DNA of 39,193 nt, taken from positions 1-39,193 of the forward strand of contig CAYJRR010000029.1 of assembly GCA_964372275.1 (NCBI GenBank), written 5' to 3'. Each line of letters opens with the position of its first letter. Position 1 is the stretch's first letter. Under the pieces are notes generated by a model. It worked only from the letters and a program-made list of their open reading frames with translations, ran no database searches and had not been told where the DNA came from. Below, in pieces: positions 1 through 9,531 of this stretch. Source of the stretch: an uncultured bacterium (GTDB lineage: Bacteria > CAYJRR01). A program made the position numbers and the translations under genes.

Positions 1-428
1 GACAGTAAGAGCTTAGACGACGTCGACTCTCACGGACACACCCAGTGCATGGACTATCTCGGAGGAGATCTATGCTGACGCGACAACTTCATCCTCGCAC
101 TGGAGGTGCATCCGGCAACCGCAGCCGAGGTGCGCCGAGTCGTTGCAAAGCAGGCTAGGACGATGTCGGCGTTGGAATCCCAACTCGGCTCCTGTCCGGT
201 TCATCGATGGAGTTGGCTCGCAAGCGGGCGCGTGGTTGCTCTGTCGCCAGCAAGCCCAGAACGCAGGCTGCTTGATCGACAAGGCATCGATCATCCGCGA
301 CGATCCCTGAAGCTCTGTTAGCTGATGCGCGATCGCGCGATCATTTCAGTACGCCGGTCACGGCGCGACGGGAGCCGCACCGGGAGCGGAAGAGCGCTGG
401 CGGGGCGGGCCGCCCGTCGAGAAACCGC

Positions 429-1121
429 CTACGGGGCCGCATCCACCTCGAGCATGTACCCCACCCCCCGCACCGTCTTCAGCATCCGCCCCCTCTCCCC
501 CGCCTCCAGCTTCTTCCGCAGGTAGTTGACGTAGACGTCCACGATGTTGGTGAACTCGCCCCCGTTCCCGCCCCACACCGCGCGCAGGATCTGCTCGCGG
601 GTGAGCGCCACGTTCCGGTTGCGGACGAAGAGCTCGAGCAGGTTGTATTCGGTCAAGGTCAGCGCGACCGGCTGCCCGCGGAGCAGGACCCGGTGCCGCG
701 CGCGGTCGATCTGCACCTCCCCGGCGACCACCACCTCCCCGACCCGCCCCTTTGCCCGGCGCAGGTGCGCGCGGAGACGGACGACGAACTCCTCCCAGGC
801 GGTCCCCTTCGCGACGAAGTCGTCGGCGCCGCTCTCGAACGCGGCTCGGCGACCGTCGCTGTCGTCGCGCCGCGCAAAGAACAGCAGCGCGAGCTCCCGC
901 CCCGGCGGATCGGGCTGCTCGCGGAGCGACCGGCACAGGTCGAACGGGTCCTGTCCCTCGAGGTCCCGTTCCAACACCACGGCGTCGGGGCGCTCCATCG
1001 GATAGCGTGCCAGCGCCTGCCGGCCCGACGACGGCGCCACCCGGAATCCCTTGGCGCAGAGCCGCGCGGTCAGGTCCGCAACCGAGACGGGATCCTCGTC
1101 CACGACCAGGACCTTCGCCAT
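429..1121 (-). CDS. OmpR/PhoB-family response regulator with atypical receiver domain
   Basis: N-terminal receiver (KVLVVDED...GADDFVAK) and C-terminal winged helix (LTLTEYNLL...TREQIL...VDVYVNYLRKKL...KTVRGVGY). The phosphoacceptor position reads PDAVVLE rather than ...D. Confidence 0.9.
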   Translation of the reverse strand: MAKVLVVDEDPVSVADLTARLCAKGFRVAPSSGRQALARYPMERPDAVVLERDLEGQDPFDLCRSLREQPDPPGRELALLFFARRDDSDGRRAAFESGADDFVAKGTAWEEFVVRLRAHLRRAKGRVGEVVVAGEVQIDRARHRVLLRGQPVALTLTEYNLLELFVRNRNVALTREQILRAVWGGNGGEFTNIVDVYVNYLRKKLEAGERGRMLKTVRGVGYMLEVDAAP

Positions 1122-1244
1122 CCCTTTCGCCGTCCTCCGGCGACTGTTGCTAGCGGCGACTTTTCACGCCGCAACGCGGTCTTCCGCCCGCGTACCGCGT
1201 ACCTGGACGGCCGTTCGGCACGGCGGCGAAATGTAGAAATAAGC

Positions 1245-1274
1245 TTGCTCGCGCGTCGGCACCTCTCCTATAAC
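1245..1274 (+). promoter_or_regulatory. Candidate sigma70-type promoter of the glt operon
   Basis: TTGCTC (1245-1250), 18-nt spacer, TATAAC (1269-1274), with an A-rich stretch upstream; 31 nt before the ATG at 1306. Confidence 0.5.
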
Positions 1275-1305
1275 GCCATGAACTTCCTCACCGGAGTCGG
1301 TTCCA

Positions 1306-2088
1306 ATGACAAGACGCGGGGTTAGGGTCGAGCGAGTACGTCGTGCGGCGAACCGTTGGCGATCCGTGGCGTGGGCCGTGGGCCTCACCGCGCTCCCGCT
1401 CGCCGCGCACGCCCAAGAAGAGTCAGGCCAACCCACGGCCCCGAAGCCCGCCACCGGCAACCCCCCGCAGGCCCTTTCCGAGAAGGACTACTACCGCACG
1501 ATCAAGGTGGTGCAGAAGCGCTCGATCGGGAAGGCGCGGCGGCTGGAGATCTCCCCCTTCCTCGCCTATCTCCCGAACGACGACTTCGTCCGCGCCACGA
1601 TCCCCGGCCTCGACGTCACCTACCACTTCACCGAAGGGGTGGCGCTGGAGGCGACGGTCGCCCAGGGCAATCACCGAAACAAACAGTTGTTGTCCGAGGT
1701 GCGCGATGCCGGCGTGCAGCCGGCGGTCCTCGACCGGTTCAAGGTGCTGGGGAGCTTCGGCTTCCACTGGTCGCCGATCTACGGGAAGATCGCCTACCTC
1801 GAGCGGAAGATCATCGCCTACGACCTGTTCTTCGCGACCGGTTTCGGCGTCACCAACACCGAGCTCGAGATCACCACCTCCACCGGGAGCGGCGACGACG
1901 CCACGACCGAGAAGGTCTCGACGTCGTTCCAGGGCTACTACATCGGGATCGGGCAGCGCTACTACTTCACGCGGAACGCGGCGCTCCGGATCGAGCTCCG
2001 CAACTACTCGTACACCCAGCGCGTCGACGCCAGCTTCAACAACCGCAACAACATGCTGCTCGGTCTGGGCTTCAGCTACCTCCTGTAA
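1306..2088 (+). CDS. Outer-membrane beta-barrel protein, GltA/GltB (NfsA/B)-like
   Basis: Signal peptide (..LAAHA|Q), IKVVQKR..RLEISP, WSPIYGK..YDLFF and terminal GFSYLL beta-signal; lies upstream of a paralog and of gltC. Confidence 0.8.
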   Translation: MTRRGVRVERVRRAANRWRSVAWAVGLTALPLAAHAQEESGQPTAPKPATGNPPQALSEKDYYRTIKVVQKRSIGKARRLEISPFLAYLPNDDFVRATIPGLDVTYHFTEGVALEATVAQGNHRNKQLLSEVRDAGVQPAVLDRFKVLGSFGFHWSPIYGKIAYLERKIIAYDLFFATGFGVTNTELEITTSTGSGDDATTEKVSTSFQGYYIGIGQRYYFTRNAALRIELRNYSYTQRVDASFNNRNNMLLGLGFSYLL

Positions 2089-2097
2089 GGCACGTCG

Positions 2098-2760
2098 ATG
2101 AATCGAACCTTGGAAAAGGCGCTCCTCCTCCTCTTCGCCGCGGGCCTCCCGGTCACGGCGAGCGCCGCGGCGACGGAAGGCCCGGTCGTCCGGCCGCAGC
2201 GATATTCGACCGCCGATTCGACCGAGCTTTCGCTCGTCGTCGGCTACGTCACCAACGACCCCTACAACCGGGTGATCGTCCCCGGCATCTCCGGGATCTA
2301 CCGCCTCGACAACCATCGGGCGATCGAGGTCCACGGCGGCTACGGGATCTACTCCGACAAGGACCTGCTCGACCAGGTGCGGCAGAAGATCGGGCGCGAT
2401 CCCAACCTGATCAGCCGCCCGCAGTGGTTCCTCACGGGGAACTACCTCTGGACGCCGCTCTACGGGAAGATCAACGCCTTCGCCGAGGTCGTCCTCCACT
2501 ACGACCTCTACGTCCTGGCCGGCGCGGGTCTCACCGGAGACGAGGTCGAGACCAACAGCGCCGGCACCCCCTCGGTGAAGACGGTGCAGTCGAAGATCTT
2601 CCCCGTGACCGACTTCGCCATCGGCCAGCACTTCTTCCTCTCCCGTAGCGCGGCGCTCCGGATCGAGTTCCGGCCCTACATCTTCTGGGAGCAGATCGAC
2701 GGCAAGTGGGATCCGAACGCCGACGTGCAGCTCCTCACCGGCCTCTCCTACCTCTTCTAA
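2098..2760 (+). CDS. Outer-membrane beta-barrel protein, GltA/GltB (NfsA/B)-like paralog
   Basis: Signal peptide, WTPLYGK..HYDLY, ALRIEFR and terminal GLSYLF; clearly paralogous to 1306-2088. Confidence 0.8.
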   Translation: MNRTLEKALLLLFAAGLPVTASAAATEGPVVRPQRYSTADSTELSLVVGYVTNDPYNRVIVPGISGIYRLDNHRAIEVHGGYGIYSDKDLLDQVRQKIGRDPNLISRPQWFLTGNYLWTPLYGKINAFAEVVLHYDLYVLAGAGLTGDEVETNSAGTPSVKTVQSKIFPVTDFAIGQHFFLSRSAALRIEFRPYIFWEQIDGKWDPNADVQLLTGLSYLF

Positions 2761-2773
2761 GGGTCGCACGCTG

Positions 2774-4720
2774 ATGAAGACCGCCATTCGGAGCACCCGC
2801 CGACTCTCCATGCGCGTCGCCACGGCGTTCGTGCTGGCGACCGCCGCGCTCGCCGTGGGTCCGCTCGCGGCCCCCGGCGTCGCCCACGCGCAGCCCAAGC
2901 CGAAGCCGCTCTCCACCGACGACGTGATCAAGATGTCGAAGGCCGGGATCCCGGAGTCGGTGATCGTCAGCAAGATCGTCAAGTCGGGGACGGTCTTTCG
3001 CCTCGAGGTGCAGGACATCCTGGCCCTCAAGAAGGCCGGCGTCTCGGACAAGGTGATCGAAGCGATGGTGAACACCGAGATGTCCGAGGGGCGCCCGGCC
3101 GCCGCCCCGACCCCCGCGGCGGCGCCGACCCCCGCGGCGGCCGTTCCGCCAACCGACAGCGGGCCGACCGAGGAGGAACGGATCCTCGGCGTCTCGAAGC
3201 CGCCCGACGGCGGTGCCGACGACATGATGTGGGGCGGTCCCGCGACCGGCGGCACGCTGGCCCAGGCGGCGCAGCTGTTCCGCGACGGGAAGTTCCAGGA
3301 GTCCTCCGACATGCTGTTCGGCCTCGTCGAGGCCAAGCGGGTGCCGGCGCAGGACCTGCCCGACGCGCTCCACCACCTGGCGGAGAGCCTCTACAACATG
3401 GGGCTCCTCCAGAGCGCCCTCTACTACTACGTCGACGCGGTGAAGCAGGGCTCGCAGACCCGCGTCTTCGCCCCGGCGCTGGCGCGCGTGATCGAGATCT
3501 CCGACCGCCTGCGCGACGACCGACGGCTGCTCCAGATCCTGCAGGAGATCGATCCCGGCAAGCTGCCCAGCGAACTGCGCCGTGACGCCGGCTACTTCTA
3601 CGGACTGCTCTACTTCCGCAAGGAGGACAACGAGGGGGCGAAGAAGGCGCTCCGCGCCGTCTCGCCGGACAGCCGCTACTACACCAAGGCGAAGTACACC
3701 GAGGGGGTGCTGCTGTCGCTCGAAGGGAACGACGAGGCGGCGCTCGCCGCCTTCAAGGAGGCGGTCAACGCCGGCGGAACGCCGAAGAAGGCCGCGAAGA
3801 AAGGGGCGGCCGCGGCCCCTCCCGACCGCGCGGCGCAGGAGGCCCGGCTGGCGATGGCCCGCACCCTCTACGCGGCCGAACGCTACGAAGAGGCGATCGA
3901 GGAGTTCCGGCAGGTCGCCCGCGAAGGGGAGCTGTGGGCCCCGTCGTTGTTCGACAACGCCTGGTCGCTCTACAAGGGGAAGGAGTTCGGCTCGGCGCTG
4001 GGGAACATCCTCTCCACCCGATCGCCGTTCTTCGACGCCTTCTACGAGCCGGAGGCGAAGGTGCTGGAGGCGATCGTCTACTACCGCCTCTGCCTCTTTC
4101 CGCAGGCGAACACCACGCTCAACAACTTCATGCAGGTCTATTCCCCCTACTCCGCCAAGATCAAGGCGTTCCGGAAGCAGGCGGAGAAGCGGCCGCCCGA
4201 GCAGGTGTTCGCGGTGCTGAAGGACTTCGTCGACTCCAAGGGGAAGGCCGCCGTCTTCCTCCCGGCCGATCTGATGCTGGCCGTCGCCGCCGACGGGAAG
4301 ATCGGCGACATCCTGTTCCACATCCAGGCGATCGAGTTCGAGCAGCAGAAGATCCGGGACATCGGTCCCTGGCGCGGCAGCCGCGTCGCCGCCGCCGTCA
4401 CCGAGCAGATGAACGGCCACAAGGACTCGTTGCGCAAACTTGGCGGGAAGCTGATCGTCCGCGAGTTCGAGGACCAGGACGAGAAGCTCGACAACCTCTT
4501 CGCGCAGGCAAAGACGATCCGCTTCGAGATCACCCTCGGCGAGAAGGAGGCGCTCGAAGCCTCGCTCCTCGGCAAGGGCTCCGGGGCGGCGACCGGGAAG
4601 CAGAAGGAGGCGCCCCTGGTGCTGGCCGACGACCACGTGCTGTGGCCGTTCGACGGCGAATACTGGCGGGACGAGGTCGGCTACTACAAGTTCTCCGTGC
4701 AAGGGGAGTGCGTGAAATGA
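2774..4720 (+). CDS. gltC: Gliding-motility TPR protein GltC-like, with an extra N-terminal helical module
   Basis: Signal peptide, TPR-like helices and the characteristic C-terminal WPFDGEYWRDEVGYY...C motif; syntenic after the two barrels; ATGA overlap with the next gene. Confidence 0.8.
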   Translation: MKTAIRSTRRLSMRVATAFVLATAALAVGPLAAPGVAHAQPKPKPLSTDDVIKMSKAGIPESVIVSKIVKSGTVFRLEVQDILALKKAGVSDKVIEAMVNTEMSEGRPAAAPTPAAAPTPAAAVPPTDSGPTEEERILGVSKPPDGGADDMMWGGPATGGTLAQAAQLFRDGKFQESSDMLFGLVEAKRVPAQDLPDALHHLAESLYNMGLLQSALYYYVDAVKQGSQTRVFAPALARVIEISDRLRDDRRLLQILQEIDPGKLPSELRRDAGYFYGLLYFRKEDNEGAKKALRAVSPDSRYYTKAKYTEGVLLSLEGNDEAALAAFKEAVNAGGTPKKAAKKGAAAAPPDRAAQEARLAMARTLYAAERYEEAIEEFRQVAREGELWAPSLFDNAWSLYKGKEFGSALGNILSTRSPFFDAFYEPEAKVLEAIVYYRLCLFPQANTTLNNFMQVYSPYSAKIKAFRKQAEKRPPEQVFAVLKDFVDSKGKAAVFLPADLMLAVAADGKIGDILFHIQAIEFEQQKIRDIGPWRGSRVAAAVTEQMNGHKDSLRKLGGKLIVREFEDQDEKLDNLFAQAKTIRFEITLGEKEALEASLLGKGSGAATGKQKEAPLVLADDHVLWPFDGEYWRDEVGYYKFSVQGECVK

Positions 4721-7700
4721 CGCGACGAGCGAACCTCCGATCGATCGGACTCCTGATCGCCGTGAGTGGGCTGCTGATCGGACCTCCGGCGGTCCACGCC
4801 CAGGCGCGCAAGGCGGCGCCGCCGGCGAAACCGGCCCCCGCGGCGGCGGCGAAGAAGCCTCCCGAGAAGCCGCAGGGACCGGCCGACGCATCGCTGTTCG
4901 CCGGCGATCTCGACACCAGCCCCGAGTGGTTCAAGAAGCAGGAAGAGGTGATCGCCCAGCTCACCGACCTCATCAAGACGCTCCCCGACGGCGACATCAA
5001 GGCGACCCGTCTGGTGCAGCTCGCCGAGCTCCACTGGCAGAAGTCGAGCCGGCTCCACCGCCTCGCGGTCGCCAAGTTCAACAAGGTCTACGACGAGTGG
5101 TTCATGAAGGACGGCGCGGCGAAGGGGATCCCCGAGCCGAAGCTCGACGACCGCCAGGCCGACGAGGTGCTCAAGCGCGCCTCCGACATCTACGTGCTCG
5201 TCCTCAAGAAGTACCCGGACAACTCGCGCGCCGACCAGGCGCACTACTACCTCGGTCAGACCTACCTCGGGCAGGCGAAGAAGGACGAGGCGCTGTCGGT
5301 CTTCCAGAAGCTGGTGCAGCGCTTCCCGCAGTCCCCCTACATCCCCGACGCCTATCTCGCGCTCGGCGAATTCTTCTTCGAAAACAAAATGCTCCCGCAG
5401 GCCATCGAGAACTACCAGAAGGCCGCCCGGTACCCGAACGCCCAGAACTACGGCTACGCCATGTACAAGCTGGCGTGGTGCTACCTGAACACCGTCGAGT
5501 ACGAGAAGGCCGTCGCCGCGTTCAAGGACGTCATCACCTTCTCGATCAAGGCGGAGAAGACCGGTCAGAAGCTCGAGTACAAGGACCAGGCGCTCAAGGA
5601 CCTGGTGCTGGCCTACGCCCACATCGGCCGCGTCGACGAGGCGGAGAAGTACTTCAAGGACGTCGGCGGACCGGAGTACTTCCGCAAGATGCTCCAGTTC
5701 CTGGGAGGGACCTACTTCCAACAGGGGCGCGACGACGACTCGATCGCCATCTACAAGCGACTGATCTCGCTCGACCCGATGGACGGGGAGAACCTCACCT
5801 ACGAGGGGGAGATCCTGAAGGCGTGGATCCGGAAGGCCGACCGCCCGCAGGTGCTCGCCCAGCTCGACCGCATCGTGCAGATGGTGAAGCCGGACAGCGC
5901 CTGGGTCCGCGCCAACCAGGGGCAGATGGAGAAGATCGTGCAGCAGCGCGACGCCCTCGAGGGGTCGGTCTCGAAGTACGCGCGCGAGGTGTACGAGGAG
6001 TCGCGGAAGCTCAACGCCGAGCAGTCGTTCAAGGGGTTCCAGCAGGCGGAGAAGTTCTGCGAGTACTACCTGACGACCTTTCCCAAGGCGAAGAACGCCT
6101 ACCCGATCCGGATGATGCTGGCGGAGACGCAGTACAAGCTCGCCGGGCACGCGCTCGCGAAGCCCGACATCAAGTACCAGATCGCCAAGTTCAACGCCGC
6201 CGGCGAGAACTACATCCGGGTCGTCGAGATGAACCCCAAGGGGGAGTTCCTCAACGCCGCGACCGAGGGGGCGATCTACGCCTACGACCAGAAGGTGCGG
6301 GAGCTGGTCAAGACGATCCGCAAGGATCCGCGGCCGGCTGCGACCGACAAGCAGGCGAAGGAGCTGCCGACGGAGGAGAAGAACGTCGTCGCGGCGTGCG
6401 ACGTGTACATCAAGTACAACCCCAAGGGTCCGAACCACGTGAAGACCCGCTACACCGCCGCCTACCTCTCCTACGAGTACAACCAGTTCGACGAGGCGAT
6501 CCGGCGGTTCATGGACGTCGTGCACGCCGGCCCCGCCACCCAGGAGGCAAGGTTTGCGGCCGACCTGATCCTCAACATCTTCGAGATCCGGTCCGATCCC
6601 GCCTCGGCCGCCAACTACGCGCGTGACTTCCTCAAGGTCCCGGAGCTGGCGAAGGGGGACTACAAGAAGGAGCTGCAGACCGTCCTGGAGAAGTCCTCGT
6701 TCAAGCTGGTGGAGGTGACCGAGAAGCAGGGCCAACACGGCGAGGCGGCCGCGGGCTACCTCAAGTTCGCCAAGGAGTTCCCCGGATCGGAGCTGGTCGA
6801 CGAGGCCTATTACAACGCCTCGGCCGCCTACATGAACGCCGAGCGGGTCGACGAGGCGATCAAGGTGCGCGAGGAGTTCATCAAGAAGTTCCCGGACAGC
6901 CCGTTCACACCCGAGGTGATCCTGTTCCTCGGCGACAACTACCGGAAGACGGTGGCGTTCGACCGGGCGGCCGACTACTACGAGCTCCTGGCGACCAAGC
7001 ACCCGAAGTTCAAGGCCGCCCCCGACGCGCTCTACAACGCCGCGCTGTTCCGCGAGAACCTGGGGGACGCGACCAAGGCCATCGCCGACTACCGCCTCTA
7101 CCTGAAGACCTACCCCGAACGGGAGGACGGCCACGACATCGTCTTCACCATCGCGGAGATCCACGAGAAGCGGAAAGAGGTCGACAACGCGATCAAGACC
7201 TACGAGGAGTACATCCGGGTCTACGGCTCGAAGCGGAGCCCCGACCTGTTCCTCGACGCCCACGCCAAGATCGCGACGTTGGCCTACGACCGGGGGAAGA
7301 AGAAGGAGGCGTACACCAAGTACGCGCAGCTCACCCAGGCCTACCGGGAGCTGGTGAAGACCAAGGCGAAGATCGGTCCGACGGGCTTGGGCGCCGCGGC
7401 GAAAGCGGCCTTCTTCCAGGTGGAGCCGAAGTTCGACGAGTACGCGTCGATCAAGCTCCAACTCCCCCAGAAGAAACTGGCCGAATCGATCGGCGACAAG
7501 CTCAAGCGGATCAAGCCGCTGGTCGACGACTACACCAAGGTCGTCGAATACCGTCACGGCGACTGGGCGGTGGCGTCGCTCTACCAGATCGGCCGGCTGT
7601 CGGAGGAGTTCGTGAACGCGGTGCGGGAGTCGCCGATCCCGCCGGAGCTGACCACCGAAGCTCAGATCGAGCTCTACAAGCTCGAACTGCAAGAGAAGTT

Positions 7701-7911
7701 CGGACCGGTCGAGGACGCGGCCGTGGAGTTCTACCAGAAGTGCCTGCAGACGTCGTACGATTACCGGATCTATTCCGAGTACACACGCAAGTCGATCGAG
7801 GGTCTGGAGCGGGTCCGTCCCAGCCAGTTTGGCTCGGACCCGGACCTCCGACTCGCCGCCGGTACCGCCGCCGTCGCCTTCGAATCGAGCCCGATCATTG
7901 AGGTGAAGTGA
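4717..7911 (+). CDS. gltD: Large periplasmic TPR protein GltD/AgmU-like
   Basis: True start is the ATG at 4717 (MTRRANLRSIGLL..AVHA|Q), overlapping the gltC stop; the ORF-track extension to 3934 is spurious. About 1060 aa of TPR repeats (ADQAHYYLG, YAMYKLAWCY, APDALYNAA, WAVASLYQIG). Confidence 0.85.
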   Translation: MTRRANLRSIGLLIAVSGLLIGPPAVHAQARKAAPPAKPAPAAAAKKPPEKPQGPADASLFAGDLDTSPEWFKKQEEVIAQLTDLIKTLPDGDIKATRLVQLAELHWQKSSRLHRLAVAKFNKVYDEWFMKDGAAKGIPEPKLDDRQADEVLKRASDIYVLVLKKYPDNSRADQAHYYLGQTYLGQAKKDEALSVFQKLVQRFPQSPYIPDAYLALGEFFFENKMLPQAIENYQKAARYPNAQNYGYAMYKLAWCYLNTVEYEKAVAAFKDVITFSIKAEKTGQKLEYKDQALKDLVLAYAHIGRVDEAEKYFKDVGGPEYFRKMLQFLGGTYFQQGRDDDSIAIYKRLISLDPMDGENLTYEGEILKAWIRKADRPQVLAQLDRIVQMVKPDSAWVRANQGQMEKIVQQRDALEGSVSKYAREVYEESRKLNAEQSFKGFQQAEKFCEYYLTTFPKAKNAYPIRMMLAETQYKLAGHALAKPDIKYQIAKFNAAGENYIRVVEMNPKGEFLNAATEGAIYAYDQKVRELVKTIRKDPRPAATDKQAKELPTEEKNVVAACDVYIKYNPKGPNHVKTRYTAAYLSYEYNQFDEAIRRFMDVVHAGPATQEARFAADLILNIFEIRSDPASAANYARDFLKVPELAKGDYKKELQTVLEKSSFKLVEVTEKQGQHGEAAAGYLKFAKEFPGSELVDEAYYNASAAYMNAERVDEAIKVREEFIKKFPDSPFTPEVILFLGDNYRKTVAFDRAADYYELLATKHPKFKAAPDALYNAALFRENLGDATKAIADYRLYLKTYPEREDGHDIVFTIAEIHEKRKEVDNAIKTYEEYIRVYGSKRSPDLFLDAHAKIATLAYDRGKKKEAYTKYAQLTQAYRELVKTKAKIGPTGLGAAAKAAFFQVEPKFDEYASIKLQLPQKKLAESIGDKLKRIKPLVDDYTKVVEYRHGDWAVASLYQIGRLSEEFVNAVRESPIPPELTTEAQIELYKLELQEKFGPVEDAAVEFYQKCLQTSYDYRIYSEYTRKSIEGLERVRPSQFGSDPDLRLAAGTAAVAFESSPIIEVK

Positions 7912-9434
7912 TGAAGCCGAACGTCCGCCCATTCGGGCTCGTCGCCGTCGCCGCTACCCTCCTGACCGCCTCCGCCTGCGGGCCGAAGCAGCAGACCGAA
8001 AAGGTCGGCACGGTGACCGTCAAGCGTCCGTCCTCGGACCCGAAGCCGGCCGCGAAGGCCACGAAGGGGGCGAAGACCGGAAAGGACAAGGCGACCGCCG
8101 GAGCGAAGGGACCGGCGGCGAGCGCGCCGGTGGTGGCCGTGACGCGTGCGTCGTCCTCGTCGAATCCGCAGGCGGTGGCCAGCCTCAAGGAGGCGGTCGA
8201 ACTCCTGACCAAGATCCGCCGCGAGGGGAGCGGGAGTTACGACACGGTGATCGCGCGGCTCGAGGGGGCGACGGCGCTCGACTCGAACTTCGCCGAGGCC
8301 TGGTACAACCTGGGGGTCGTCTACGAGGACCTGGGCAAGTACGACAAGGCGTAGAACGCCTTCTATCGCGCGAGCCGGGCCGCGACCCCCCTCGCCGACG
8401 CCGCCGCGTCGCTGGGCCGGATCTACGTCCTTCGTGGAAACCTCTCCAAGGCGAAGGAGTACTACAACGAGCGGTTGATCAAGGAGCCGAAGAACAAGGA
8501 GATCCGGAACCGCCTCGCGGAGGCGTACCGTCTGGAGAAGAACTTCCAGGCGGCGCTCGACCAGATCAAGCAGGTGCTGTTCGCCGATCCCGACAACGTC
8601 GAGGCCTACAAGACGTTGGCGCTGGTCTACATGGACCAGGGGAAGTACGAGATGGCGAAGCTGACCTGCGCCAACGCCCTCAAGCTCGACGAGAACGACG
8701 CCGGCACCTACAACGTGTTGGGTCTGGTCTTCCTCAAACAGGGGGACGTCCGCGGAGCGGCGGCGCAGTTCTCGAAAGCGCTGGAAAAGGGGACCGGCTC
8801 GCCGGCGGCGCTGGCCAACCTCGGGGCGATCGCGCTCGACCACAAGGACTACAACCTGGCGGCGGAGTGTTTCGGCAAGCTGACGAAGATCAAGCCGAGC
8901 AACCCGGTGGCGCTGAACGCCTACGCAGTCGCGCTGCGGGGCCTCGGGAAGTTCGACGACGCCAAGGCGACCTTCCTCCGGGTGCAGCAGCTCGACCGCA
9001 CCAACTACGAAGTGTCGTTCAACCTCGGCGTCCTCTACCAGAAGGGGTTCCGCGATCCGACGACGGCGCTCCGCTACTACCAGGACTACATCGCCAAGGG
9101 GGCGATCACCGACCCGCAGTCCGAGGTGTTCGCGCTGATCAAGCGTGCCGAAGAGGAGCTCAAGCGCGAGAAGATGATGAGCGCGCCGGAGCCGACCAAG
9201 CCGGCCCCCGCACCCGCGCCTTCGAAGGCCGACGACGCCAAGCCCGCCGACAAGGTCGGCGACGCGGCGAAGACCCCGGCCGCCCCCGCAGGCGCCCCAC
9301 CGGCGGGCGATCCGACCAAAACCTCCTCCGACTCCGCCGCCAAGCCCGACGCCGCTCCGAAGACCGGACCCAAGGCCGAGGAGAGCTCCACCCCGACCGC
9401 CAAGAAGACCGACGGCGTCGCGACCGGGCGCTGA
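7911..9434 (+). pseudogene. gltE: GltE/AglT-like TPR lipoprotein interrupted by one in-frame TAG at 8352-8354 (nonsense mutation, sequence error or readthrough)
   Basis: Lipobox LTASAC. ORFs 7908-8354 and 8475-9434 are in the same frame, and the gap translates without further stops as a TPR continuation (LGKYDKA*NAFYRASRAATPLADAAASLGRIY...). Pro/Ala/Lys-rich tail. Confidence 0.8.
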
Positions 9435-9438
9435 GCCC

Positions 9439-9492
9439 GGCCGTCGAGTCCGAGCCGACCCGAGCTGGATCGGATCGGACTCGGTCACGGCC
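9439..9492 (+). terminator. Long GC-rich hairpin after gltE (terminator or REP-like)
   Basis: GGCCGT/ACGGCC and CGAGTCCGA/TCGGACTCG arms pair; there is no U-tract. Confidence 0.4.
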
Positions 9493-9531
9493 GCGGTTGC
9501 CGGAGGGCGGTGCTGGTAGACTCGTACCTCG

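Noticed and set aside
1-325. Lower-GC stretch at the window start with short ORFs and a TGA-interrupted frame (..GGDLC*RDNF..)
   Set aside because: No recognisable protein motif, RNA structure or terminal repeat; too little context to call a gene, selenoprotein or mobile element.
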